A DNA stretch of 38,962 nt from an uncultured Bdellovibrionales bacterium (GTDB lineage Bacteria; Patescibacteriota; Minisyncoccia; Moranbacterales; GWC2-37-73). Below, piece by piece: positions 8,439 through 16,852 of the stretch. Position 1 is the first letter of the stretch, and the number at the start of each line of letters is the position of its first letter. Location: contig CAZAJN010000033.1 of the NCBI GenBank assembly GCA_964485555.1, positions 1-38,962 of the forward strand, in the 5' to 3' direction. The notes under the pieces were generated by a model, which saw only the letters and a program-made list of their open reading frames with translations, searched no databases and had not been told where the DNA came from. Both the position numbers and the translations under genes were made by a program.

Positions 8439-9719
8439 CTACTCGATAGGAAGATTTGAAGGAGCTCCCCCGCGTTTGGCTTCCACGCGACTAAGCGATG
8501 GCGCCATGACGTTCATGTCAGGCATGTGAAAAATTGTTGCCAATTCTTCAGTGCTCATCACCATTTGCACGCCATCCATGCTCCTGCTCCTATAGCGACG
8601 AAGGATTTTTCTTTGCCTGTAGCGCAAGCGTGTTTTCTGATTGACATAGTTGGCAAAAGTCTTGGAAGCATTATCAGGCTTCATGCCGTTCATATTATCA
8701 TCACTGAATTGCTTCAAACTTCCCCAAACTCCAGAAACTCCCAAGGACTTGTCAAAATTCTCTCTGCGGCCCAGATAGATGTATCTGCCTTTCACCGAAA
8801 ATTGCCATTTGCCGAGATTTTCCTCCACAGCCTTGAGCACATCTCGCTCCAAAGGAGAAAGCCTGGTATCAAGCGGTTGCTCATCTTTTTTCTTGGTCTT
8901 TTCAAATTCAACCGGTCCGCTCAATGCTGCGAAAAGATTGGTAAAGATATCCTTCAAATCTTTCCAGAGCCTATCGCTCAAAGATTCTTTTTTCACTTCT
9001 TTGCCTTTCAATTTCTCTGTAAGCTCCTTCCCCACCGTTTGTCCCCAGCTAGGACCTTTCGGAGCAATCACCCATTGCAGCCACATGTGCTGATTCGGTC
9101 CCAATTTTCCCATGACTTCAAAAAGACCAGCCAAAGGATCAATCATTGTTCCAGTCACTGTCTCTTCGAATGCTTTGTAAGTCCTAATCGGATAAGCAGG
9201 GTGTTTGTTAGTAGGAGCGACATCAGCGCCCCAAAGATCCCACTGACCATTAGGAATAAATTTTGGAACGTTATCAGTATAGTCAGGAACCTCCACAATC
9301 TCCACATCGGGATATTGCGCATACATCGCGGCTTCAACAAGACTGCGATATTTTTTCATGACACGGACATACATGTGCACCACACCGGAATCACTGACCA
9401 GTTCCAAGCTCATGTAATCGGGGAACATTCCGGAGATATATTCTTCAGCAATATCAAAGCTTTTTTCAACGCCAGCAAATGTTGTGAACAAAGCCTCCAT
9501 GGGCTTTGGGCTTTTCTCGATGTTTTTTGGAGGAATTATTTCCAAAACAATCCAGCCAGGCGCCGCCCAATAAGCATCCTGGACATGCCTTATCCAATAC
9601 AGCTTGAACATAAAGAAAAAAAGCGGTGGCAAAGCTATGAACCATACGTAGCTCATAACTTGCCAAGCCGTTTTCGCCGAAGAAACTATTTCACTAATTG
9701 AGTTTGAAATAATGTCCAT
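8439..9719 (-). CDS. membrane protein of unknown function (N-terminal TM hairpin, large soluble domain)
   Basis: Hydrophobic N-terminus AWQVMSYVWFIALPPLFFFMFKLYWI. The C-terminus has …STEELATIFHMP…. Lies directly upstream of and co-oriented with the TraD-like ATPase. Confidence 0.6.
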   Translation of the reverse strand: MDIISNSISEIVSSAKTAWQVMSYVWFIALPPLFFFMFKLYWIRHVQDAYWAAPGWIVLEIIPPKNIEKSPKPMEALFTTFAGVEKSFDIAEEYISGMFPDYMSLELVSDSGVVHMYVRVMKKYRSLVEAAMYAQYPDVEIVEVPDYTDNVPKFIPNGQWDLWGADVAPTNKHPAYPIRTYKAFEETVTGTMIDPLAGLFEVMGKLGPNQHMWLQWVIAPKGPSWGQTVGKELTEKLKGKEVKKESLSDRLWKDLKDIFTNLFAALSGPVEFEKTKKKDEQPLDTRLSPLERDVLKAVEENLGKWQFSVKGRYIYLGRRENFDKSLGVSGVWGSLKQFSDDNMNGMKPDNASKTFANYVNQKTRLRYRQRKILRRYRSRSMDGVQMVMSTEELATIFHMPDMNVMAPSLSRVEAKRGGAPSNLPIE

Positions 9720-9751
9720 GTTTTTTATTTTAGAAGTTTTTTCATTATCAG

Positions 9752-9792
9752 TCTCTCCTCAGATGAGGAGAGATGTCGCCACGAAGGCGACA
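9752..9792. repeat. two abutting perfect GC-rich hairpins
   Basis: TCTCTCCTC-agat-GAGGAGAGA (9752-9773, 9 bp) is directly followed by TGTCGCC-acgaa-GGCGACA (9774-9792, 7 bp). No T-run on either strand. Confidence 0.7.
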
Positions 9793-9826
9793 GAGAGGTT
9801 GAGCAATGGCATTCCACCTCGCATCT

Positions 9827-10879
9827 TTATTTTTTGACTGAATACGCCCCTTCTTTTGTTTTGGAAAAATAATTGTTCAAATTTATGACAATCGTGGATT
9901 TCTTCACATGTCTGATCTCAAGCACCTTTTTCAAAATTTCATCCCTATTCAAAGGTTTTGATGATTTCTTCAAAATCTCCTCGATCACATCTTTGACGGT
10001 CCCTTTTTTGTATCCCCATTCAACGAGAGCATAAATTCCTCTTCCAACCAAAACGAAGTTCTTGTCTTTGATCAGCTCATTGTGAACAGTTTGCGGATGT
10101 GTCTTTTTCTTATTTAAATGATACTGGTCTATTTTTTTAGCGATATCACGAAAATGCAATGGCTCTCCAGCTTCCTTCAAAACCAAATACGATTTTTCCC
10201 TTGTTCCCTTGGGAGAAATCTCCTTCCATTTTCCAATTCCCCATTTTTTGAAAGTGTTCTGTTTTATTTCTGCAGAAACTTCCAAATAACTCTTCAGCGT
10301 TTCCTTGTTCAAACTTCCGTCATCTTTCAGCAGCTCAAACATTTCTTCAACTGAAAGAGGTTTCTTTTCCCTGACAAGCACGCTCACTGCAGAATCCTTA
10401 ACTTCTCGCCATCTTGCGATGTCGAAATCCGGAAGCATGAATGAAAACAAAAGCTCATCCTTGATTTCAATGCCTTTGACCGCGTCAGTACATTCAAGAA
10501 AAAAACAAACTGAAGCTTCCTCGCTTGCTTTACCTTTCCCGAGAGTTTTCAGTAATTGCTTCTTTTCCATTATACCACCATTTTCTGCAATAGCCAAAAC
10601 GATCATCTCTTGAACTTGAATGAACAATGGGTCAAGATTTTTCTCTTTCACCTTTTTGAGAACTTCACGAATAACTTGGCGCACTCGTTCTCGAGTGATG
10701 CCGTATTTTTTCCCGATCTCTTCCAAAGTAAGGGCATGAGAATTGAAAACGCCATAACGGGAAAAGATAATTTCCTGACTACGAGTTGAAAAATCAGACA
10801 CGATCCTTTTTAACGCCTCGGAAAAAAACAAGGATCTCTCCTGTTCATTTGATATTTCCTGCTTATTGACTGTTTCCAT
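9827..10879 (-). CDS. sigma-70 region-4 HTH / HARE-HTH domain protein
   Basis: LTLEEIGKKYGITRERVRQVIREVLKK is sigma region 4.2-like. PLHFRDIAKKI…TVHNELIKDKNFVLVGRGIYALVEWGY and a second similar C-terminal unit are HARE-HTH-like. The ORF-track start at 10915 is a TTG; I prefer the ATG at 10879 (METVNKQ…). Confidence 0.6.
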   Translation of the reverse strand: METVNKQEISNEQERSLFFSEALKRIVSDFSTRSQEIIFSRYGVFNSHALTLEEIGKKYGITRERVRQVIREVLKKVKEKNLDPLFIQVQEMIVLAIAENGGIMEKKQLLKTLGKGKASEEASVCFFLECTDAVKGIEIKDELLFSFMLPDFDIARWREVKDSAVSVLVREKKPLSVEEMFELLKDDGSLNKETLKSYLEVSAEIKQNTFKKWGIGKWKEISPKGTREKSYLVLKEAGEPLHFRDIAKKIDQYHLNKKKTHPQTVHNELIKDKNFVLVGRGIYALVEWGYKKGTVKDVIEEILKKSSKPLNRDEILKKVLEIRHVKKSTIVINLNNYFSKTKEGAYSVKK

Positions 10880-10962
10880 ACGATTTAAACAAAATGAATA
10901 AAAATTATGTTTCAAATTATATTAACACATATTAAAATTTTGTCAAGCATTTTAACGCCACC

Positions 10963-10990
10963 AAAAAGAGGGATGCGAAATCCCCCTTTT
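10963..10990 (-). terminator. putative intrinsic terminator after pheT
   Basis: AAAAAGAGGGAT-gcgaa-ATCCCCCTTTT: a short stem flanked by an A-run and a T-run, about 30 nt past the pheT stop. Confidence 0.45.
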
Positions 10991-11017
10991 ATGTCCTTGT
11001 TTAAAGCTAAAACAGGC

Positions 11018-13510
11018 CTATCTGCGCATTTTCACTTTTAGATTCTTTTCCAATTCATTTGTGATTGAAATCATAACATCATCAATCTCTTTTCCGGTCA
11101 AGGTTCGCTCGTCAGCGCCCAAAATTACATGGAAAGCCAAGCTCGAGGTGTCATCTGCAAAATCTATCACGTCAAACATGTCCACATCCAAAACAAAATC
11201 GCCGCCCGCTTTTTGAATTACCATCAGAATTTCATCCACCAAAACAGAGCTCTCCACTAACAATGAAATATCCCTGGTCACCACTGGATGTTTTCTGATA
11301 GGAGAAAATTCTCTTTCCGCCTCTGAAACAGCGCCGAGTTTTTCCATATCAAATTCGAACATCGCAACCCTGGAACTGATGTCAAATTCTTCGAGCACAA
11401 AAGGATTTATTTCTCCGAGAAATCCGATACTTTCGCCGGAACCTTGAATTTTAATCTCAGCAGTTCTGCTCTGGTGCCAAAGGGAGGAAGGAGTTTCAAT
11501 GGAACTACCCTCAAACGTATCATAATAATGGTCAGTTATGCCGATCTGTTCAAGCAAGTGGTCAACATAACTCTTCGCTTCAAAGAAAACAGATCCATGC
11601 CTTTTGTCCATCTTTTCTTCTTTGGCACTTTTCTTTTCCATAACTATCGCGCCGGTCAACAAATTCTTTTCTTCAGGCAGCGCTTCGCCATTCACCCAAT
11701 ATACTTTTCCGATTTCAAAAATATTGAATTGCTTGAAATTCTTAAGATTTTCACGAACATTCTTCAAAAGATTTGGAACCAAACTCACTCTCATCAACGC
11801 CTGATCAAGACTCATGGGAGCCTCCAATTCCAGATGTTTCAACAAGCCGAGTTGAGCCGCTTTTGCATCTTTCTCGGAATAGAAAGAATAATTATAAACT
11901 TCATCAAAACCAAGTCCTGTCAAAACATTTTTCGTTTGCCTGACAAAAGCGCGCTGAAGATTGACAGGAGCTGGTTGAACTGAAACCAATGGGGCTACTG
12001 TCGAAATTTTTTCATAACCATAAATCCTGCCTATTTCCTCAATCAAATCCTCCTGGGTTGCAATATCCAGTCGATAAGTTGGAATTTCGCAGTTTATGAC
12101 ATTGCCCATGCCGGAAACTTTAATTCCCAAAAGTGACAGGATTTTTTTGCTTTCCTTTGAAGGAATAGCAATACCCAAAAGCTTATCAGCATATGCCAAA
12201 TCCAGTTTTATGCTCCAAGTCTTTTTCTTTTCCGGATATTCATCCAAACCACCTTCCAGGGCTCCACCAGCAACATGTTCAAGAATTTCTATCACTCGCA
12301 CCATGGCTTTTTCAGCAATATTCGGATCGATTTCTTTTTCAAATCTGAGGGCCGCGTCCGAAGATATTCCCAATCTCATCCTGGTCCGCCTGATGGTGGC
12401 CGGCGCAAAATTGGCTGATTCCAAAACGATATTTTTCGTTTCTTTGGTGACTCCAGTTTCCAATCCTCCCATTATGCCGGCAAGTGCAATTGCTTCTTCA
12501 TTATTAGCAATAACAATATCCTCAGAAGAAAGTTTCTTACTGCTTCCATCTAAAATAGTAATTTCTTCCCCCTCTCTTGCATTGCGAACTATTATTTTTA
12601 CGGTTTGATTATTGATATTTGAATTTTGAGATTTGCTTGGAATTTGTAATTTATCATTTGGAATTTCACTTTTTATCTTATCAAAATCGAAAGCATGGAG
12701 TGGTTGCCCGATTTCCAACATTACGAGATTGGTAGCATCCACAATATTATTGATCGGACGGATGCCGCAAAGTTGAAGTCTGTTCTTGATCCATTGTGGC
12801 GAATCTGAGACCTCCACACCCTCCAAAACTGCTCCGACATAGCGACAGCAAATGTTCTTATCGGCAATTTGCACGGAAAGTTTTTTTGATTTAATTTTGG
12901 AAAGTTTCAGCCCGTCATAGTCATAGTCAATTTCTCGTCCTTCCAGAATTGCAATTTCTCGTCCCATTCCAACATGCGAAAGTGCATCATGTGCGCGATT
13001 AGCCAAAATGTCGATTTCAATCATGGCATCGTCAAGATCAAGCACGTCCTTGATTGGAGTTCCAATTTCCAAATTTCTATCCAAAAGCAGGATTCCTTCA
13101 TGACTGGTCCCTAGTCCAAGTTCGTCTTCCGCACAAAGCATTCCGAAGGATTTTACTCCGCGAATTTCTGCTTCCTTGATCTTGAAGTCGCCAGGAAGCG
13201 TCGTGCCTACTGTTGCAACTGGAACTTTGTCACCGACTGAAATATTTTTAGCGCCACAAACAATTTGCAGAACCTGCCTACCGGCAGGCAGGCCTCCTTC
13301 TTTTATCAATGTCCTGGTCACTTGCAATTTGTCAGCATCCGGATGCTTTTCAATTTCCAAAATTTCGCCAACAACCACGCCATCAAGCTTATTTTCAACT
13401 TTTTCAATACCCTCAACTTCGAAAGCGTGCAACATCAACAGATCCTTAATTTCTTCTGGAGTTTTTTCACTTCCCGATATTTCACTGAGCCAATTGTAAC
13501 TATATTTCAT
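11018..13510 (-). CDS. pheT: phenylalanine--tRNA ligase beta subunit
   Basis: 830 aa. N-terminal tRNA-binding domain HPDADKL…QIVCGAKN…GMLCAEDELGL. Located directly downstream of pheS. Confidence 0.93.
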   Translation of the reverse strand: MKYSYNWLSEISGSEKTPEEIKDLLMLHAFEVEGIEKVENKLDGVVVGEILEIEKHPDADKLQVTRTLIKEGGLPAGRQVLQIVCGAKNISVGDKVPVATVGTTLPGDFKIKEAEIRGVKSFGMLCAEDELGLGTSHEGILLLDRNLEIGTPIKDVLDLDDAMIEIDILANRAHDALSHVGMGREIAILEGREIDYDYDGLKLSKIKSKKLSVQIADKNICCRYVGAVLEGVEVSDSPQWIKNRLQLCGIRPINNIVDATNLVMLEIGQPLHAFDFDKIKSEIPNDKLQIPSKSQNSNINNQTVKIIVRNAREGEEITILDGSSKKLSSEDIVIANNEEAIALAGIMGGLETGVTKETKNIVLESANFAPATIRRTRMRLGISSDAALRFEKEIDPNIAEKAMVRVIEILEHVAGGALEGGLDEYPEKKKTWSIKLDLAYADKLLGIAIPSKESKKILSLLGIKVSGMGNVINCEIPTYRLDIATQEDLIEEIGRIYGYEKISTVAPLVSVQPAPVNLQRAFVRQTKNVLTGLGFDEVYNYSFYSEKDAKAAQLGLLKHLELEAPMSLDQALMRVSLVPNLLKNVRENLKNFKQFNIFEIGKVYWVNGEALPEEKNLLTGAIVMEKKSAKEEKMDKRHGSVFFEAKSYVDHLLEQIGITDHYYDTFEGSSIETPSSLWHQSRTAEIKIQGSGESIGFLGEINPFVLEEFDISSRVAMFEFDMEKLGAVSEAEREFSPIRKHPVVTRDISLLVESSVLVDEILMVIQKAGGDFVLDVDMFDVIDFADDTSSLAFHVILGADERTLTGKEIDDVMISITNELEKNLKVKMRR
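13273..13290. repeat. 18-nt GC-rich palindromic element, copy 2 (in-frame inside pheT)
   Basis: CCTGCCTACCGGCAGGCA, extended to the 20-nt near-palindrome CCTGCCTACCGGCAGGCAGG. On the coding strand it reads CTG CCT GCC GGT AGG CAG = LPAGRQ. Confidence 0.85.
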
Positions 13511-13511
13511 A

Positions 13512-13602
13512 TTTTAGCTTCTTAGCTTCTTAACTTCTTAGCTTTTTAGCTCAGGGAATTTTAATTTCCTAAAAAGCTAGAAAGCTAAAGCCTAAAAAGC
13601 TG
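13512..13602. repeat. octamer-armed inverted repeat between pheS and pheT
   Basis: TTTTAGCT TCTTAGCT TCTTAACT TCTTAGCT TTTTAGCT (13512-13551), then a central small hairpin AGGGAAT…ATTTCCT, then AAAAAGCT AGAAAGCT AAAGCCTA AAAAGCT in inverted sense. Confidence 0.75.
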
Positions 13603-13604
13603 TT

Positions 13605-14654
13605 TTAAAATTGTTTTGTAAATCTTATATCCCCACTATTGAAAAGTCTGATGTCATTGATCTTGTGACGCATCATCAAGAGCCTTTCGAGTCCAAATCC
13701 CCAGGCAAATCCTTGGTATTTCCCTCTAGGGTATCCGGCGGCTTCAAAAACAGCCTGATTCACCATTCCTGCCCCACCAACTTCAAGCCAGCCAGTGTTT
13801 TTGCATGATGAGCAACCCTTGCCTCCACAAACTGTGCAACTGATGTCAAATTCAAAACTTGGTTCAGTGAATGGAAAGTAACTTGGACGAAGTCTTACTG
13901 TTATTTCTTTTTTAAAAAATCTGGAAAAGAATTGCTGCGCCACATATTTGAAATTTCCCACATTCACATCATCGCCCACCATCAAGGCTTCAAATTGATA
14001 GAATGAATGTTCATGAGTAGCATCAGTCGCCTCATTTCTGAAACATTTGCCAGGCGCAATGATCCTGAACGGCGGAGTATGCGACTGCATAAATCTTATT
14101 TGCACCGGCGATGTGTGAGTTCTGAGAAGAATTCTTTCTTTTTGCGCTCCACGCTCCACGCTTTGCGCTTCACTCTTGAGCCAGAAAGTGTCCCACTTAT
14201 CTCTCGCAGGATGATCTTTTGGAATATTGAGAGCATCAAAATTATAGAATTCGGTTTCCACTTCAGGCCCATCAGCAACCTCAAAACCCATAGACGTGAA
14301 AATGTCTTCCAGTTCATTTTGAATTTTGGTAAGAGGATGAAGATGTCCGCGTTTCATTTTCTTTGCCGGCATGGTCACATCTATTTTTTCAGCGGCAAAG
14401 TCAAAACTTTTTTCTTTGAGCTCTTTTTCTTTCTGAGCAAACGCGCTTTCTATCTCCGCTTTAGCAATATTAGCAAGTTGTCCTACAGTTTTTCTTTCAT
14501 CTCCCTCAAGGTCTTTCAAACCCTTTAGAATATTGGTAAATTCACTTTTACGCCCCAGATATTTAATGCGAAGTTCCTCGGCAACATCAAAAGATTCCGC
14601 CGAACTTATCTCAACCAACGCCTCTGATTTAATTTTTTCAATTTTTTCTTTCAT
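13605..14654 (-). CDS. pheS: phenylalanine--tRNA ligase alpha subunit
   Basis: Class II core including the Cys cluster CTVCGGKGCSSCKNTGWLEVGGAGMV, then FAWGFGLERLLM. Confidence 0.93.
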   Translation of the reverse strand: MKEKIEKIKSEALVEISSAESFDVAEELRIKYLGRKSEFTNILKGLKDLEGDERKTVGQLANIAKAEIESAFAQKEKELKEKSFDFAAEKIDVTMPAKKMKRGHLHPLTKIQNELEDIFTSMGFEVADGPEVETEFYNFDALNIPKDHPARDKWDTFWLKSEAQSVERGAQKERILLRTHTSPVQIRFMQSHTPPFRIIAPGKCFRNEATDATHEHSFYQFEALMVGDDVNVGNFKYVAQQFFSRFFKKEITVRLRPSYFPFTEPSFEFDISCTVCGGKGCSSCKNTGWLEVGGAGMVNQAVFEAAGYPRGKYQGFAWGFGLERLLMMRHKINDIRLFNSGDIRFTKQF

Positions 14655-14662
14655 ATATTTTT

Positions 14663-14736
14663 TGTCATTCCGGACTTGATCCGGAATCTAGAGCACACAT
14701 ATCCATACAAGATCCTGAAACAAGTTCAGGATGACA
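14663..14736. repeat. double-hairpin palindromic element, copy A
   Basis: TGTCAT-TCCGGA-cttga-TCCGGA-ATCTAGAG…GAT-CCTGAA-acaag-TTCAGG-ATGACA. Same architecture as 38081-38151. Confidence 0.8.
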
Positions 14737-14748
14737 CAAGCAAATAAA

Positions 14749-15951
14749 TTATTTTTTAAAAACTATTTTCACAAAACCCATCTTTCCTATTTTCAAAACT
14801 TTCCCATCCAATTCTTTTGTCACCACAAATTGTGGATCAAGAAATTTTTCATCACCAATCGAAACCCCGCCTTGTTCAATCTTCCTTCGCGCATCTCCCA
14901 TACTGCTTGCATTACCTGATTTGAAAACCAATTCAATCAATTTCATCTCACCTTCAACTTTGAATTCTGCAATATCAGTCGGTATTTCTTTTTTTGAAAA
15001 AGTGTTGATGAAATATTCCCTTGCTTCCCTTGCCGCATGCTCTCCATGATAAATCGTTACTATTTCACCAGCCAAGCGAAGTTTTGCGTCACGTGGTTCC
15101 GCTTTCATTATTTCTTTTATTTCTTCAAGTGATAAGAGGGTGCAATTAACTAATAATATCTCAATCATTTCATCTGATTGTGACATGATCTGACCAAATT
15201 TATCATTCGCGCCAGTATCTAGAAATATACCTGTTCCTTTGCTTTTAGACATTAATTCTCCCGTCTTTGGATTCTCCATCAGCGTAACCGCCACGACAAA
15301 CTTATTCTTGTCTTTTAACTTTCTTAGCAATGTTCTTCCAGTTAAAGCATTGAAAATTTGATCAGTTCCACACACCTCCACATCTACATCCATAGCGACA
15401 CTGTCATATCCTTGCATAAGCGGATAAAGAAATTCGTGCAGATGGATCGGCTTACCCTCACCAATTCTTTTTTCAAACATATCCCTTTCTAACATCTGTT
15501 GGACAGTAAGATTTGATGCAAGTTTAATCACATCTTCAAAATTAAGTTTAGAAAGCCAATCATGATTATATCTTATCAAAGGTGGGTTCTCCGTGCTATT
15601 AAAATCCATCAATGGTGCAATCATCGCTTTCCATTTTTCAACATTACTCAGAACTTCTTCGCGCGACAATTGTTTACGAGCAGAAGATTCCCCTGTGGGA
15701 TCACCAATTCTAGCTGTGAAATCCCCAAATAGGACAATAACTTCATGCCCTAGCATCCTAAATTTTTCTAAAAGCATGAAATTTTTCGCATGACTAAGGT
15801 GAAGTGTTGGCGCTGTTGCATCAAAACCGATGTAAAATCTTAGCTTATCTCCACTCAATAATACCCTCTTAAATTCTTCCTTAGTAGGCAAAATTTCAAC
15901 TATAGTTCCCCGGTTTAAAATTTCATCTATCTGTTTTTCCAAGTCATTCAT
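14749..15951 (-). CDS. tyrS: tyrosine--tRNA ligase
   Basis: HIGH-type PTLHLSHA, KMSKS-type LMSKSKG, and a C-terminal S4-like domain (ARRKIEQGGVSI). Confidence 0.93.
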   Translation of the reverse strand: MNDLEKQIDEILNRGTIVEILPTKEEFKRVLLSGDKLRFYIGFDATAPTLHLSHAKNFMLLEKFRMLGHEVIVLFGDFTARIGDPTGESSARKQLSREEVLSNVEKWKAMIAPLMDFNSTENPPLIRYNHDWLSKLNFEDVIKLASNLTVQQMLERDMFEKRIGEGKPIHLHEFLYPLMQGYDSVAMDVDVEVCGTDQIFNALTGRTLLRKLKDKNKFVVAVTLMENPKTGELMSKSKGTGIFLDTGANDKFGQIMSQSDEMIEILLVNCTLLSLEEIKEIMKAEPRDAKLRLAGEIVTIYHGEHAAREAREYFINTFSKKEIPTDIAEFKVEGEMKLIELVFKSGNASSMGDARRKIEQGGVSIGDEKFLDPQFVVTKELDGKVLKIGKMGFVKIVFKK

Positions 15952-16004
15952 ATATAATTATTTTAAATACCCATTTAAATACCCAACAAACCTAATATGC
16001 TTCA

Positions 16005-16033
16005 ATAATACCAATTTGAGCCAATTTTTGCAA
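16005..16033 (-). promoter_or_regulatory. putative tyrS promoter
   Basis: Minus strand reads TTGCAA (16033-16028), N17, TATTAT (16010-16005), about 50 nt upstream of the ATG. Confidence 0.5.
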
Positions 16034-16089
16034 CACTTCGAAGCCTTTAACTTACCCATCCATTCCCGATAACAGAGCAGCCGCCGATA

Positions 16090-16118
16090 TTGACAAATAT
16101 CAATATTATCTATATAAT
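16090..16118 (+). promoter_or_regulatory. consensus sigma70 promoter of the GGDEF gene
   Basis: TTGACA (16090-16095), N17, TATAAT (16113-16118), checked base by base. SD AAGGAGG at 16166-16172. Confidence 0.6.
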
Positions 16119-16180
16119 TACAAATCAGTCTAAAATGGCTGGAATTTAGTACCTTTACTTTATCCAAGGAGGGGGTTTAC

Positions 16181-16852
16181 ATGAAACAAGTTAGTGCGAC
16201 ATTAATGGGGCCTCCGATTGACAAGGAGGTGGCATCTTTACGAAAAAAGTTAGCCAGGCTTTCCGACGCTCACAACATTGCCATACAGGCGCTGTTGATC
16301 CAAGCAGAGGAAAACGAACGTTTGAAAATGGAATTGGCAAAAAGATCTGTCGATTCTATAACCGGCCTCATTTCTGATCCTCATGTTATCGATCAGGAAT
16401 TATCGCTCTTATGTGCTTTGGCAAAAAGAGCCAACCAGGCTTTCGTTGTGTTTTTTCTAGATATGAACGGACTGAAAGACATCAATGACCGATTCGGACA
16501 TGAGGCTGGCGACAAAGCCATACTCGAAGCCAGCATTTCCATCAGGTCATGCCTCAGAGAGTCGGATTTTCTGGCTCGCAGAGGAAGCAAGAGTGACGAA
16601 TTTATTCTGGTCAGCACTTTTGAAAAAGAAGATCTGATCAAAAAAGTTCTCTGCTTCCAGAAAAGAATCCAGGAGTGTGTAGCTGGCAGACTGGTTGAAA
16701 TCGGCCGCAATAGAGCATCCATTTCAATAGCTATGGGATTTTCCATCAGAAACCCCCTAAAGCGCACCCTCCAACAGGAACTTAGGATTGCGGACCACAA
16801 AATGTACCGCAACAAAATAAGGATGAAACTTAAAAATAAGGAGGTGCAATAG
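16181..16852 (+). CDS. GGDEF-domain protein with atypical active-site motif (G-SKS-DEF)
   Basis: DSITGL…FFLDMNGLKDINDRFGHEAGDKAIL…RESDFLARRGSKSDEFILV…SISIAMGF…ADHKMYRNK, with an N-terminal coiled coil and no sensor domain. RESD sits where the I-site RxxD is expected. Confidence 0.8.
   Translation: MKQVSATLMGPPIDKEVASLRKKLARLSDAHNIAIQALLIQAEENERLKMELAKRSVDSITGLISDPHVIDQELSLLCALAKRANQAFVVFFLDMNGLKDINDRFGHEAGDKAILEASISIRSCLRESDFLARRGSKSDEFILVSTFEKEDLIKKVLCFQKRIQECVAGRLVEIGRNRASISIAMGFSIRNPLKRTLQQELRIADHKMYRNKIRMKLKNKEVQ

Noticed and set aside
8526-9701. Long antisense ORF of 391 aa on the + strand, and likewise 28946..30094 (382 aa, + strand).
   Set aside because: Both lie entirely inside better-supported minus-strand genes, which have a TM hairpin or GT2 motifs and match the strand of all neighbours. 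Their products are low-complexity (H/C/F/S/I-rich) and neither has an SD or promoter. These are typical shadow ORFs of AT-rich coding DNA.
15952-16180. Possible T-box riboswitch leader upstream of tyrS, a classic location for one.
   Set aside because: The reverse-complemented leader shows no T-box sequence (…GGUGGNACCGCG…-like), no specifier-loop or AGAGA elements, and no terminator/antiterminator pair. The best promoter (TTGCAA-N17-TATTAT) leaves only a ~45-nt leader. The spacer is better explained as two divergent promoters for tyrS and the GGDEF gene.
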